DNA from: an uncultured Bifidobacterium sp.
GTDB taxonomy: Bacteria; Actinomycetota; Acidimicrobiia; Acidimicrobiales; Ilumatobacteraceae
Length of the DNA stretch: 64,000 nucleotides
NCBI GenBank assembly: GCA_964513585.1
Contig: CAZENK010000002.1
Location: forward strand, 14,293 to 78,292
Reading direction: 5' to 3'
Below are positions 18,051 to 29,525 of the stretch, piece after piece. Numbering within the stretch: position 1 is the first letter of the stretch; each line of letters starts with the position of its first letter. A model generated the notes under the pieces. It saw nothing but the letters and a program-made list of their open reading frames with translations, ran no database searches and was not told the DNA's origin. The position numbers and the translations under genes were made by a program.

Positions 18051-18172
18051 GTGGGGCCTCCCGGTCTGGTCTGACCTTGTGACCTTAGTTTCCGCCTGAA
18101 CGCCGTGACGGGGTTGAGAACTAGGGTTTCGGGTACGGGGCTCGGCGGGTCCCGACCACGAGGGGGAGAGCA

Positions 18173-19492
<1,320 letters not shown>

Positions 19493-19494
19493 TC

Positions 19495-20406
19495 ATGTTC
19501 TTCTCCGCGTGGGCGAACAGCGCGCATCCGTGGCCCGAGGTGCGCGATTTCGTCCGTGCAGTCGAGGACATGGGATGGGACGGCTTCTGGTACGCAGACC
19601 ACTACATGCCGAACACTCCCGACGGTGAGCCGGCCGCCGGCGACTTCCACGAGTGCTTCAGTGTGCTGTCCGCGCTGGCCGCAACCACGTCGCGGATGCG
19701 TCTCGGTTCGTTGGTGACACCCACGACCATGAACCACCCTGCACTCATCGCGAACCGCGCCGCGACGATCGACCGGATCAGCAATGGTCGTTTCGTGCTC
19801 GGAATGGGTGCCGGATGGCAGGTCAACGAGCACCGCGCGTTCGGCATCGAGCTGTTCGACGCAAAGGCCCGTGTCGACAGGTTCGCCGAGGCGATCGAGA
19901 TAGTGGTCAGCATGCTCTCGCAGGAACGCACCACGTTCGCGGGTCAGCACTTCACCATCACCGATGCGCCGTGCGAACCCAAGCCCGTGCAGTCGCCGCT
20001 GCCGATCCTGGTCGGTACCGGGGGTGCGCGCATGCTGCGCCTCACCGCCCGCTTTGCACAGGAGTGGAACACCTGGGGCACGCCGGAGGGTGCGGCAGTG
20101 GTGATGGCCAGACTGCGCGAGGCATGCGAGAAGGAAGGGCGCGACATCGCGACGATCCGCACGTCGGTGCAGCCGTTGTTCTTCATCGTTTCCGATGATG
20201 CGTCTGCGGAGAAGCTGAAGGCAGTGGTGCCCGCGGACCGGTCCGTGGTCGGCACGCCGTCGCAGATCGTCGATGCTGTCGGCCGCTACAGGGAGATTGG
20301 CTTCGACGAGATCTGCGTACCCGACTTCACCATGGGCCAGTCGCCGCAGCAGCGTCTCGACGCATACGGCACGTTCTGGTCAGAGGTCGCTGTCCACTTC
20401 CGCTGA
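19495..20406 (+). CDS. LLM-class (luciferase-like) oxidoreductase, probably F420-dependent
   Basis: 303 aa with typical LLM blocks: [28 protein letters not shown]. The start is 2 nt after the acyl-CoA dehydrogenase stop. Confidence 0.75.
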   Translation: MFFSAWANSAHPWPEVRDFVRAVEDMGWDGFWYADHYMPNTPDGEPAAGDFHECFSVLSALAATTSRMRLGSLVTPTTMNHPALIANRAATIDRISNGRFVLGMGAGWQVNEHRAFGIELFDAKARVDRFAEAIEIVVSMLSQERTTFAGQHFTITDAPCEPKPVQSPLPILVGTGGARMLRLTARFAQEWNTWGTPEGAAVVMARLREACEKEGRDIATIRTSVQPLFFIVSDDASAEKLKAVVPADRSVVGTPSQIVDAVGRYREIGFDEICVPDFTMGQSPQQRLDAYGTFWSEVAVHFR

Positions 20407-21300
20407 CTCCGATTCTGCTGACTCCGAGCACACGGGGCACAGCGGTTCCTCGTCAGTCGCACAGTCCGCGCACACCAGAATGCGCGTGCGGCAGGTCAAC
20501 ACACGGCAGTTGTGGAAGTCGTCGGTCGGCCCTGCGCAGTAGTCGCATCGACCGAGCGGTGATTGATCGCGTCCGTACTCGACACGCAGCCGTCCGTCGA
20601 ACACGTACAACGAGCCCTGCCAGTGCCCTTTGTCGCGGTACTGCTCGGCGTACCTGACTATTCCGCCCTCGATCTGGTACACCTCGCGGAAACCGCGGTT
20701 CTTCATGATCACCGACAGGACCTCGCACCGGATGCCGCCCGTGCAGTAGGTGACGACCGGTTTGTCCTTGAGATGGTCGTACTTGCCGCTCTCGAGTTCA
20801 CGCACGAAGTCGGGCGTGACCCTGGTGTCGGGCACGACGGCGTCGCGGAAGCGGCCGATGCGCGCCTCGAACGCGTTGCGACCGTCGAAGAACACGACCT
20901 CGTCCCCGCGCTGTTCGACGAGTTCGTTGACCTCCCGGGGGCTGAGGTGGGTGCCACCGCCGATGACACCGTTCTCGTTCACCTTGATCTCGTCGGGGAC
21001 GCCGAACGTGACGATCTCGTCGCGCACGCGCACGCGCAACCGCGGGAAATCGTCACCGCGACCCTCGCTCCACTTGAAGTCGATGTCCCTGAATGCCTCG
21101 TACTCGCGTGTCTCGCGCACGTACAGCTTCACGTCCATCAGGCGGCCGCCGACGGTGCCGTTGATGCCGTCCTTCGAGATGATGATGCGGCCCTTCAGGT
21201 CGAGCTTCTCGCACAGTGCGCGTTGCCACATCCGTACCGCGACCGGGTCGGCGAGGGGCGTGAACCTGTAGAAGAGAACGATCTTGTGTTCGATGGACAC
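20380..21300 (-). CDS. trhO: rhodanese-related sulfurtransferase UPF0176 / tRNA U34 hydroxylase TrhO
   Basis: N-terminus [14 protein letters not shown], active-site loop YCTGGIRCE and a C-terminal Cys-rich segment. The 3' end overlaps the convergent LLM gene by 27 nt. Confidence 0.8.
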   Translation of the reverse strand: MSIEHKIVLFYRFTPLADPVAVRMWQRALCEKLDLKGRIIISKDGINGTVGGRLMDVKLYVRETREYEAFRDIDFKWSEGRGDDFPRLRVRVRDEIVTFGVPDEIKVNENGVIGGGTHLSPREVNELVEQRGDEVVFFDGRNAFEARIGRFRDAVVPDTRVTPDFVRELESGKYDHLKDKPVVTYCTGGIRCEVLSVIMKNRGFREVYQIEGGIVRYAEQYRDKGHWQGSLYVFDGRLRVEYGRDQSPLGRCDYCAGPTDDFHNCRVLTCRTRILVCADCATDEEPLCPVCSESAESESAEVDSDL

Positions 21301-21316
21301 AAAACTACCGTTCGGT

Positions 21317-22960
21317 TCAATCGGGGTCGGAAATCTCGATGCTCGGGACCGTGGTCGTGGGCGAAGTGCGCCGTGGCTTGGTGCCTGCGGTGAAGTTCAC
21401 GTTCCGTTGCGGTCGGGCGGTGATCGCGGTCGGGCGTTTGGTCTCGAGCAGCAGTGCGCCGTCGCCGTCTGTGGCGATCACGACCCGCTCGCTCATGTCC
21501 GCCTGGGCAATCGGAAGGTCGAGTTTTGTTGTTCCCCGTGATCCCTTCACGCTGACCGCGATGCTGCGGTCGTTCACGCGGGAGAAGGTGAGTTGTTCGT
21601 CGGGAGCGAGCGAGTGCGAGGCGAGCGTGCCGAGACGCGCGGCGGTCACGGCGACCCGTGACTGTGGCGGCGCCACGACGGTGAGCCCGTTCCTCCCCGC
21701 GGTCACGACCGGCACCGGTGCGGATGCGAGATCGACGACGGCTAGGTCGCCCGACAACTGGAGACGTGCGAATCCCGTGCGTTCCACGCTCAGCAGCACG
21801 TCGCCCGCGGGCACGTCGTCGACGGCGCGCCTGACCGACACCTCGAACGATGAGACCGATGAGGGGATCTGCACACTGATGAGGCCGCGGTTGCCCTTGC
21901 CGACGGTGTGGGTGGCGTCGTCGATGCTGTTCGTGATGCGTTGCGGCGTCACCACGAACGATCCCGAGCGGGTCTTGATGTGCAGGTAGCCGGGGTTCTG
22001 TTCGTCGCGCGACGACAACGTCACGACAGTGGGGGACTCATCGGTCATTGCGGTGCAGAAAGGGCACGTGAAGGGACCCTGCCGGGCGGACATCGACGTG
22101 AGCTCGAGTGTTCCTGTGGACCCTGCCCAGTCGACGGGTGTCCCGTCCACTGATTCCGTCGCGCCCAGGTACAGCCACGAGTTGGTCGCCATGTTGACGA
22201 GCACCTCGCGACGTCTGCCCGGGAAGTTGTTGTCATACACGTGGATCACGAAGTCACCGCCGCGCCTGGTGACGGCGAACGGTGTCACGGCATGACCCTG
22301 GTTGCCGTAGTACATGCCGAGTGTGTGCCCGAGCGAACGGGCGAGCCCCTGGATCAACTCCTCGACCAGCACGAGCGGTGACTTCCTCCGCGAGTTCTCG
22401 GCTGATCGCGCGACCTCATCCAGGAACTGCGTCGCCCACCAGTACACGACCGACTCGGCAACATCCGGGTCGCGTGGCGACAGATCAGAGACGCGCGATG
22501 CGGATCTCGAGTAGTCCTGTGGGCTCTCGAGCGCCATGTGCATGCGCACACTCAGCGCCGCGAGCCCCTCACACCGCCCTCCCGATAGCGCTGTGTTCCA
22601 GCGCTCGAGCAGTTGCACCGCCGGTGGCCGCATGATGCACTCGGATTCGCTCCCGGGGATGCACACTGTGTCGTGGCCGAAAAGGTCGATGAGTGTCTGG
22701 GCCGTCACGTTGTCGTCGGCCCGGGTGGAGCGGCCCCAGTTGGCGAACGAGAAGTCGTCACGCTTGAGCCGGAACCCGTTGTCGATGCACACGGTGCCCT
22801 CGCCGAGATCGGGCGCCGAGACATCCGAGCACAGGGACTGCACCCGCGCCGCGAGGGCGGTGCTGGTGTTGGGCGTGCGTGCCCCGGGTTGTTCGGTGGA
22901 GCATGAAGCCAGCACGAGACCACAGGCGATCATCAGGACGGCGACGGGTCGGGCGCGCAT
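21317..22960 (-). CDS. secreted lipoprotein of unknown function (possible papain-like Cys-His-Asp fold plus beta-rich C-terminal half)
   Basis: Start [21 protein letters not shown] (lipobox LASC). 547 aa. I recognised no family. See findings for the candidate triad. Confidence 0.7.
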   Translation of the reverse strand: MRARPVAVLMIACGLVLASCSTEQPGARTPNTSTALAARVQSLCSDVSAPDLGEGTVCIDNGFRLKRDDFSFANWGRSTRADDNVTAQTLIDLFGHDTVCIPGSESECIMRPPAVQLLERWNTALSGGRCEGLAALSVRMHMALESPQDYSRSASRVSDLSPRDPDVAESVVYWWATQFLDEVARSAENSRRKSPLVLVEELIQGLARSLGHTLGMYYGNQGHAVTPFAVTRRGGDFVIHVYDNNFPGRRREVLVNMATNSWLYLGATESVDGTPVDWAGSTGTLELTSMSARQGPFTCPFCTAMTDESPTVVTLSSRDEQNPGYLHIKTRSGSFVVTPQRITNSIDDATHTVGKGNRGLISVQIPSSVSSFEVSVRRAVDDVPAGDVLLSVERTGFARLQLSGDLAVVDLASAPVPVVTAGRNGLTVVAPPQSRVAVTAARLGTLASHSLAPDEQLTFSRVNDRSIAVSVKGSRGTTKLDLPIAQADMSERVVIATDGDGALLLETKRPTAITARPQRNVNFTAGTKPRRTSPTTTVPSIEISDPD

Positions 22961-23009
22961 TCCCCAAACGATAGGGAAGCAGCAGGTCGATGTGTCAGCA
23001 TGGGATGCC

Positions 23010-23822
23010 ATGTCTGATGCATCCCCACCCCGAGTGAGCCATCACTCTGCATCGACGTCGACAGTCGTGCTGGTCGGGGTGGCCGCGGGCTTCCTGTCGG
23101 GCATGTTCGGTGTGGGCGGCGGCATCCTGATCGTGCCGGGCCTCGTCCTCATCGCCAAGATGGACCAGCGCATCGCCCACGGGACCTCGCTCGCCGCGGT
23201 GCTGCCGATCTCGGCGTCGTCCCTCGCATCGTACTGGGCCCATGACCACGTCGACTGGCGAGTCGGTGCGTGTCTCGCTGTGGGTGCGCTCGCAGGTGCA
23301 CTGCTCGGAACGCGCCTGCTGCACGTGCTTCCGCACCGGACCCTCGCAATTGCATTCGCCGGGCTCCTAGCGGTGACCGCGGCGCGTCTCTTTCTGCCGT
23401 TGCAGAGCAGTCAGCGCGATGTCCTGACCACCGGAACGATCGCTGCACTGGTGCTGATCGGCGTCGCAACAGGTGTCCTTGCCGGGCTGCTGGGTGTGGG
23501 CGGCGGGGTCGTGATGGTGCCGGCAATGATGATGCTGCTCCAGATGCCTGCCGCGGTCGCCAAGGGCACGTCGGTGGCGGTGATCATCCCCACTTCACTC
23601 ATGGGCACGTGGCGCAACCGCACCAAGAAGAACGTGGACCTGCGGGCAGCGGCGATCCTGGGGCTCGGCGGCATCCTGGCGGCCCTTGCCGGCGGGTGGG
23701 TGTCGGCCCGCATGTCCGACACCGTGTCGAACGTGTTGTTCGCCAGCCTTCTTCTCGTCGTTGCCGCGAGATTGGTACTTCAGATCCGGGCAGAGGACAA
23801 AGCCGGGGTAGTCCACGACTGA
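23010..23822 (+). CDS. sulfite exporter TauE/SafE family membrane protein
   Basis: Duplicated motifs GMFGVGGGILIVPGL and GLLGVGGGVVMVPAMM. About 270 aa from ATG 23010. Confidence 0.8.
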   Translation: MSDASPPRVSHHSASTSTVVLVGVAAGFLSGMFGVGGGILIVPGLVLIAKMDQRIAHGTSLAAVLPISASSLASYWAHDHVDWRVGACLAVGALAGALLGTRLLHVLPHRTLAIAFAGLLAVTAARLFLPLQSSQRDVLTTGTIAALVLIGVATGVLAGLLGVGGGVVMVPAMMMLLQMPAAVAKGTSVAVIIPTSLMGTWRNRTKKNVDLRAAAILGLGGILAALAGGWVSARMSDTVSNVLFASLLLVVAARLVLQIRAEDKAGVVHD

Positions 23823-23844
23823 GCCGATGATGTAGACCTACTGC

Positions 23845-24603
23845 ATGGGTAAATCACGGCTCGAAGGAAAAGTTGCTCTGATCACGGGTGGGGCCCGGGG
23901 GATGGGCGCATCAGAGGCTCAGTTGTTCATCGACGAGGGGGCAAAGGTCGTCATCACCGACATCCTGGACTCCGACGGGGAGAAGACCGCGCAGCGACTC
24001 TCGCCCGACGGTTCACGGTGCGTGTTCCTGCACCACGACGTGACGATTGAGGACCACTGGAACGACGCTGTGAAGCGTGCGCTCGATGCATTCGGCCAGA
24101 TCGATGTGCTGGTCAACAACGCAGGCATTTTCGAGCGCGGTTCCGTGCTCGACACGTCGCTCGAGATGTTCGAGAAGACGATGGACATCAACGTGACAGG
24201 TGTGTTCCTCGGAATGAAGACGGTCGCGCCGCACATGGTCGCGCGCAAGTCGGGCAGCATCATAAACATCTCGTCCGTGGCCGGCCTGAACGGCACCCCC
24301 GGTTTCCTTGCGTACGGTGCCAGCAAGTGGGCCGTGCGCGGGATGACGAAGGGCGTGGCCAAGGAACTCGCACCGTTCGGTGTGCGTGTGAACTCGATCC
24401 ACCCGGGCATCATCGACACGCCCATGCTGCAGACATTCGAGGCCGCGGGCGAGGGTGTGCGCGAAGCGGTGCGCACACGCATCCCGCTCGGCTACGAGGC
24501 AGAGCCGGTTCATGTCGCTCGACTCGCGCTGTACCTGGCGAGCGACGACAGTTCGTACTCCACCGGTTCGGAGTTCATCGTCGACGGCGGCTGGTCAGCG
24601 TGA
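23845..24603 (+). CDS. SDR family oxidoreductase (3-alpha/20-beta-hydroxysteroid dehydrogenase-like)
   Basis: TGGARGMG cofactor motif, NNAG, catalytic YGASKWAV. 252 aa. Confidence 0.85.
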   Translation: MGKSRLEGKVALITGGARGMGASEAQLFIDEGAKVVITDILDSDGEKTAQRLSPDGSRCVFLHHDVTIEDHWNDAVKRALDAFGQIDVLVNNAGIFERGSVLDTSLEMFEKTMDINVTGVFLGMKTVAPHMVARKSGSIINISSVAGLNGTPGFLAYGASKWAVRGMTKGVAKELAPFGVRVNSIHPGIIDTPMLQTFEAAGEGVREAVRTRIPLGYEAEPVHVARLALYLASDDSSYSTGSEFIVDGGWSA

Positions 24604-26855
24604 GCATTCTCGGCACACGGGTCGTGCGTGTCGAGGACCCGCGCTTCCTGAAGGGCGAGGGAACCTACATCGCCAACCTCGATCTCCCGGGTGCCCTGCA
24701 CCTGACGTACGTGAGATCATCGGTTGCGCACGGCCGCATCACGTCGATCGACGCTGACGACGCGCGGGCGATGCCCGGGGTTGTCGCTGTGTGGACGGCT
24801 GCGGACATCGACCTCGAGCCCGCACCGCCGGCGCACGGGTTCATGAACAAGGGCATCAGGTACCCGTTCGTTGCCCGGGACACCGTGCGTTTCGTGGGCG
24901 ACATCGTCGCCGTGGTCGTGAGCACCGACAAGAACTCGGGTGCAGATGCGGCAGAGACTGTCATCGTCGATTACGACCTGTTGCCGACCGTCCTTGACGT
25001 CGACGAGTCGTTGCGCAACGGAGTTCTGTTGCACCCCGATGCGGGCTCGAACATCGTGCTGACTTTTGCCGCCAACAGCAACGACGACATCTTCGCCGAC
25101 TGCGACGTGGTGGTCGAGCTCACCATCGAGAACCAACGCGTCGCACCGGCCCCGATGGAGGTGCGCTCGTGTGCCGCCATGTGGGACGGCTCGCGTCTCA
25201 CGCAGTGGGCCTGCAGTCAGGGCGCCCACGGCGCCCGGGACGGCATTGCCGACACACTCGGTCTCGACAAGCCGAACGTGAGGGTCATCACACCCGATGT
25301 CGGCGGTGGCTTCGGTGCGAAGTCCGGCGTGTATGCAGAGGAGATCCTGGTCGGGTGGGCAGCACGCAAGCTCGGTGTGCCCGTGCGCTGGACCGAGACC
25401 CGCACGGAGAACATGCTGTCGATGGGGCACGGCCGCGGGCAGCGGCAACGGGCCCGCATGGGCGGCACCCGTGACGGCCGCATCGTCGCGTACCGACTCG
25501 ATGTCGTGCAGGATGCAGGCGCCTACGCAAAGGCGGGGGCTGTGCTGCCGTTCATGACGCGAATGATGGCAAGCGGGGTGTACGACATCGAGCGCGTGCA
25601 GTTCGAGTCGCACTCGGTGGTCACGAACACCACACCGACCGTGGCGTACCGCGGGGCTGGTCGCCCCGAGGCGACGGCAGCGATCGAGCGCACCATCGAC
25701 GAGTTCGCTCGCGTGTGCGGGCTCGACCCGGCCGAGGTGCGCCGCCGGAACTACCTGCAGCCCACGGCCTTCCCGTTGACCACCCCGATGGGTGCCAAGT
25801 ACGACTCCGGTGAATATGCAGCCGCCCTCGACAGGGCACTCGAGGCCGCAGGTTATGCGGAGCTCCGTGCCGAACAGGCGCAACGCCGTGCAGCCAACTC
25901 TCCGTTGCAGTTGGGCATCGGCATCGCGTCGTACGTCGAGACCACGAACCCGATGGGCTCCGGTGACTACGGCGCCGTCGAGATCACGGGCGACGGCGGT
26001 GCGATCATCCGCACCGGCTCCTCGTCGCACGGTCAGGGCCACCACACGGCATGGGCGATGCTGGTGTCGGATGCAACGGGCATCCCGTTCGACCGCATCG
26101 AGTTCAGGTTCGGTGACACCGACGACATCGACCGTGGCGGCGGAACAGGCGGTTCGCGCTCGCTGCAGGTCGGGGGCACGGCGGTCAAGATGGCAACCGA
26201 CGCCGTGATCGAGAAGGCGCGGCAGCGTGCGGCTGATCTGCTCGAGGCTGCTGTGGAGGATGTCGTGATCGACAGTGTCCGTGGCGGTTTCCATGTGGTC
26301 GGTTCACCGACCCCGATGCGCACGTGGGGCGAGCTCATGGTCGGGCTCGACGCACCACTTGAGGCAGAGGTTGACTTCGTGCCGGCAGGGGCAACATTCC
26401 CGTTCGGCACGCACGTGTGCGTGGTCGAGGTCGACGTGGAGACCGGATCCGTTGCCGTGGTGCGCCACATCGCGTGCGATGATGCCGGCACGATCATCAA
26501 CCCGCTGATCGTTGACGGCCAGGTGCACGGTGGCATCGCACAGGGCGTCGCCCAGGCCTTGCTCGAGGTTGTCGCCTACGACCCCGACGGGAACCCGATC
26601 ACCTCGAATCTCGCCGACTACGGGTTCATCTCTGCGACCGAACTGCCGAGCTTCGAACGCGTACCGATGGAGACACCCACACCGATGAACCCGCTCGGTG
26701 CGAAGGGCATCGGCGAGGCCGGCACCATCGGCGCCACGCCCGCAGTGCACAACGCCGTGGTCGATGCGGTCTCGCACCTGGGTGTCACGCACATCGACAT
26801 GCCCTGCACGTCGATCAACGTGTGGAACGCGATCCAGCGCGCCCAGGCGCGCTGA
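24600..26855 (+). CDS. xanthine dehydrogenase family molybdopterin-binding subunit (form II CoxL-like)
   Basis: GTG 24600 overlaps the SDR stop codon (GTGA). N-terminus SILGTRVVRVEDPRFLKGEGTYI, DVGGGFGAKSG, and the active-site loop AYRGAGRPE (form II type, not AYRCSFR). About 751 aa. Confidence 0.85.
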   Translation: MSILGTRVVRVEDPRFLKGEGTYIANLDLPGALHLTYVRSSVAHGRITSIDADDARAMPGVVAVWTAADIDLEPAPPAHGFMNKGIRYPFVARDTVRFVGDIVAVVVSTDKNSGADAAETVIVDYDLLPTVLDVDESLRNGVLLHPDAGSNIVLTFAANSNDDIFADCDVVVELTIENQRVAPAPMEVRSCAAMWDGSRLTQWACSQGAHGARDGIADTLGLDKPNVRVITPDVGGGFGAKSGVYAEEILVGWAARKLGVPVRWTETRTENMLSMGHGRGQRQRARMGGTRDGRIVAYRLDVVQDAGAYAKAGAVLPFMTRMMASGVYDIERVQFESHSVVTNTTPTVAYRGAGRPEATAAIERTIDEFARVCGLDPAEVRRRNYLQPTAFPLTTPMGAKYDSGEYAAALDRALEAAGYAELRAEQAQRRAANSPLQLGIGIASYVETTNPMGSGDYGAVEITGDGGAIIRTGSSSHGQGHHTAWAMLVSDATGIPFDRIEFRFGDTDDIDRGGGTGGSRSLQVGGTAVKMATDAVIEKARQRAADLLEAAVEDVVIDSVRGGFHVVGSPTPMRTWGELMVGLDAPLEAEVDFVPAGATFPFGTHVCVVEVDVETGSVAVVRHIACDDAGTIINPLIVDGQVHGGIAQGVAQALLEVVAYDPDGNPITSNLADYGFISATELPSFERVPMETPTPMNPLGAKGIGEAGTIGATPAVHNAVVDAVSHLGVTHIDMPCTSINVWNAIQRAQAR

Positions 26856-26891
26856 GCCGACGCATCAGTCGGTGCTGCACGGCGAGCCGTG

Positions 26892-27389
26892 TCACGCCGT
26901 CAGGCTGGTCTTCACATGCTCGATCAGTGCCGGCCACGTGGCCCGGAGGCCCGGGTGCAGGTTGAAACCGCCGACATTGTCGACGGGGACCCACCGCAGG
27001 TCCTCTGACTCGGCGTTCGCCTCGAACTCGTTCATGTCGTGATCGGTGTGCGCGATCACGGTGTGGTACTGCCAGTTCCCGTGGTCATCGGTGAACACCA
27101 TCTTGAAGTCGAGCAGCTCATGGTCGATGCCTGCTTCCTCGTGGGCCTCGCGTGCGGCCGCGGCCACCGGGTGTTCGTGGGAGTCCAGTGCACCACCGGG
27201 CAGCGCCCATGTCCCGCCGCCGTGCACCCACCCTGCGCGCAACTGCAGCAGAACCTCTGCCGGTGAACGGTCGGTGCGCACGACGAGCAGCCCGGCCGCC
27301 CCGTAGATGCCCCAGTGGCGGGCATTGCACTGCAGGCAGAACACCCATCCGTTGCCGTCGCCAGTTGCCATTGCTAGATGTTGGCACAT
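26892..27389 (-). CDS. NUDIX hydrolase
   Basis: Nudix box GGALDSHEHPVAAAAREAHEEAGI. An alternative start MATGDG lies 18 nt downstream. Confidence 0.8.
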   Translation of the reverse strand: MCQHLAMATGDGNGWVFCLQCNARHWGIYGAAGLLVVRTDRSPAEVLLQLRAGWVHGGGTWALPGGALDSHEHPVAAAAREAHEEAGIDHELLDFKMVFTDDHGNWQYHTVIAHTDHDMNEFEANAESEDLRWVPVDNVGGFNLHPGLRATWPALIEHVKTSLTA

Positions 27390-27480
27390 CCGCCCGCAGG
27401 CAGACCGGGTGGCGCACGTGTTCTACGGTTGTGGCCATGGAGACCGAGCCACCAACTGCGGTGTCCGGCATGCGGCCGAC

Positions 27481-28275
27481 ATGAGTGGTTTCGACTGGCT
27501 CACGGCGGATGCGGAAGAGGTCGACCGGGAGTACTCGCCCTCACGCTTTGCGTTGCGGCCGCTCGATGACTACCTGGCCGAGTACGCAGAGTTGAGCGCA
27601 CCGTATGCGTCAGTCGATCTCGTGAGGCACGGTTCGCCGTTGTTGATCTACATCCACGGTGGCTACTGGCAGAGGCTCTCGGCTGCACACTCCTTGTTCA
27701 ACGCGCCCGATGCGCTGCGTCACGGCGTGTCACTGCACGCAGTGGAGTACACGCTCGCCCCTGCCGCGACCGTGCAGGCGATCGTGCAGGAGTGCGTGGC
27801 CGACGTGCGGGCCGTGCTCGGGCGTGCGTCACCGGGTCGCGTGGTCATCGCCGGGTGCAGCGCCGGTGCGCACCTTGCGGCCATGTGCGCACGTGAGCCG
27901 GACATACGCGACCGGATCGACGGGGTTGCGTTGCTGAGCGGCATCTACGACGTGCGCCCGATCGTGCGCACACCGACGAACGACCCGCTGGGCCTCACCG
28001 ATGAGACAGCACGCGGAATCAGCCCGATGCTGCTTCCTGCCGTGCAGTCGCCGCGCAGGGCGTTGTTGGCGGTCGGTGCACACGAGTCGTCCGAGTTCAT
28101 CCGGCAGAACCGGGAGTACGGAGATCTGCTGCAGCGCAACGGTGCCGACACGTGCGTACGCGTCGTGCAGGACAGGGATCACTTCGATCTTCCGTACGAC
28201 CTGTTGCGTGACGGCACCGTCGTGGGAGACTGGGTGCTCGAGACATTGAAGGGACACGAGACCGATGCTGTCTGA
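27481..28275 (+). CDS. alpha/beta hydrolase, arylformamidase (kynurenine formamidase)-like
   Basis: Oxyanion motif IHGGYWQ and nucleophile elbow GCSAGAHL. It overlaps the kynureninase gene by 11 nt. Confidence 0.65.
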   Translation: MSGFDWLTADAEEVDREYSPSRFALRPLDDYLAEYAELSAPYASVDLVRHGSPLLIYIHGGYWQRLSAAHSLFNAPDALRHGVSLHAVEYTLAPAATVQAIVQECVADVRAVLGRASPGRVVIAGCSAGAHLAAMCAREPDIRDRIDGVALLSGIYDVRPIVRTPTNDPLGLTDETARGISPMLLPAVQSPRRALLAVGAHESSEFIRQNREYGDLLQRNGADTCVRVVQDRDHFDLPYDLLRDGTVVGDWVLETLKGHETDAV

Positions 28276-29443
28276 GGCACATGACCAGGCGCGGGCACGC
28301 GATGCTGCCGACGCGCTCGCGCCGATGCGTTCGATGTTCGACATCCCCGAGGGCATCCTCTACTTCGATGGCAACTCCCTCGGGCCGCTCACCTTCAGAT
28401 CACGCGAGGTGCTGCACCGCACGATCGAGTTCGAGTGGCGCGAGCGCCTCATCCGGTCGTGGAACGAGGACTGGCTCGCGATGCCGATGCGCATCGGCAA
28501 CATGATCGCGCCGCTGATCGGGGCCCCGGCAGGTTCCGTCATCTGCGCCGACAACACATCGATCAACCTCAGCAAGGCACTGCATGCCGCAGTCGCCCTC
28601 CGGCCCGGCAGGTCCGAGATCGTGATCGACATCAACAACTTCCCGACCGACATCTACATCGCGCGCAGCGTCGCCGACCAGCACGGCCTTTCTCTTGTTG
28701 CTGTCACTGCCGACGAGATCACCGGCGCGATCAACGAGCGGACCGCCGTGGTCACCGCAACGCACGTCGACTACCGCAGCGCGCGCATCCTCGATGCCGC
28801 GGGCATCACCCGTGCTGCGCACGACAACGGGGCGATCATGGTGTGGGACCTCGCCCACACGGCCGGTGCGGTGCCGTTCGATGCGCAGGCACTGAACGTG
28901 GACTTCGCCGTGGGCTGCGGATACAAGTACCTGAACGGGGGGCCCGGCGCGCCGGCCTTCATCCATGTGGCGCCGCGCCTGCTGGAACAGTCCGGCCAGC
29001 CCCTGCAGGGGTGGTGGGGGCACGCGGCCCCCTTCGACTTCGAGCTCGACTACCGGCCGGCCGAGGGGATCTCGCGGTTCCTGACCGGCACCGCCAATGT
29101 CCTCAGCATGAAGGCGCTCGAGGCGGCCCTGGAGGTCTTCGCCGGGGTCGACATGGGGGCCATCAGGGAAAAGAGCGTCGGTCTGACCTCTTTCTTCGTG
29201 GATCTTTTCGACCTGCACCTGGCCGACCGGGGGTTCACCCTGGCCAGCCCGCGGGATCCAGGGGAGCGTGGAAGTCATGTGGCACTTGGGTTTGCGGGGG
29301 GCAGGGCCCTGGTGGACGCCATGGCCGACAGGGGCGTTATTGCCGATTTTCGGCCCCCTGACCTCATGAGATTCGGGTTTGCGCCCCTCTACAACTCATA
29401 TGAGGACGTGACCCGCCTGGTCGAGCACCTGATCAACCATTGA
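28265..29443 (+). CDS. kynU: kynureninase
   Basis: YFDGNSLGP, PLP-lysine region GCGYKYLNGGPGAPAF, HAAPFDF. 392 aa. Confidence 0.85.
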   Translation: MLSEAHDQARARDAADALAPMRSMFDIPEGILYFDGNSLGPLTFRSREVLHRTIEFEWRERLIRSWNEDWLAMPMRIGNMIAPLIGAPAGSVICADNTSINLSKALHAAVALRPGRSEIVIDINNFPTDIYIARSVADQHGLSLVAVTADEITGAINERTAVVTATHVDYRSARILDAAGITRAAHDNGAIMVWDLAHTAGAVPFDAQALNVDFAVGCGYKYLNGGPGAPAFIHVAPRLLEQSGQPLQGWWGHAAPFDFELDYRPAEGISRFLTGTANVLSMKALEAALEVFAGVDMGAIREKSVGLTSFFVDLFDLHLADRGFTLASPRDPGERGSHVALGFAGGRALVDAMADRGVIADFRPPDLMRFGFAPLYNSYEDVTRLVEHLINH

Positions 29444-29525
29444 GTTCGGGGTTCATTTACGGGTAGTTTTGTACACCTACCCAGTAAAGGCGGGGGACCG
29501 CCAGATTCCTTAAAGGGGAAAAAAC

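Noticed and set aside
18072-18087. Tandem TGACCTTG/TGACCTTA in the sulfatase/acyl-CoA dehydrogenase divergent region
   Set aside because: It is two copies of an 8-mer with no further support. That is too short to call a regulatory site.
24717-26294. 525-aa ORF on the minus strand
   Set aside because: It is antisense to the CoxL-like Mo subunit gene. It has no motifs and is Arg/His-rich.
29461-29482. Hairpin GGGTAG-N10-CTACCC after kynU, considered as a terminator
   Set aside because: The stem is only 6 bp with a 10-nt loop and no U-tract. It could equally be a protein-binding site for the liv promoter. The evidence is not strong enough to list it.
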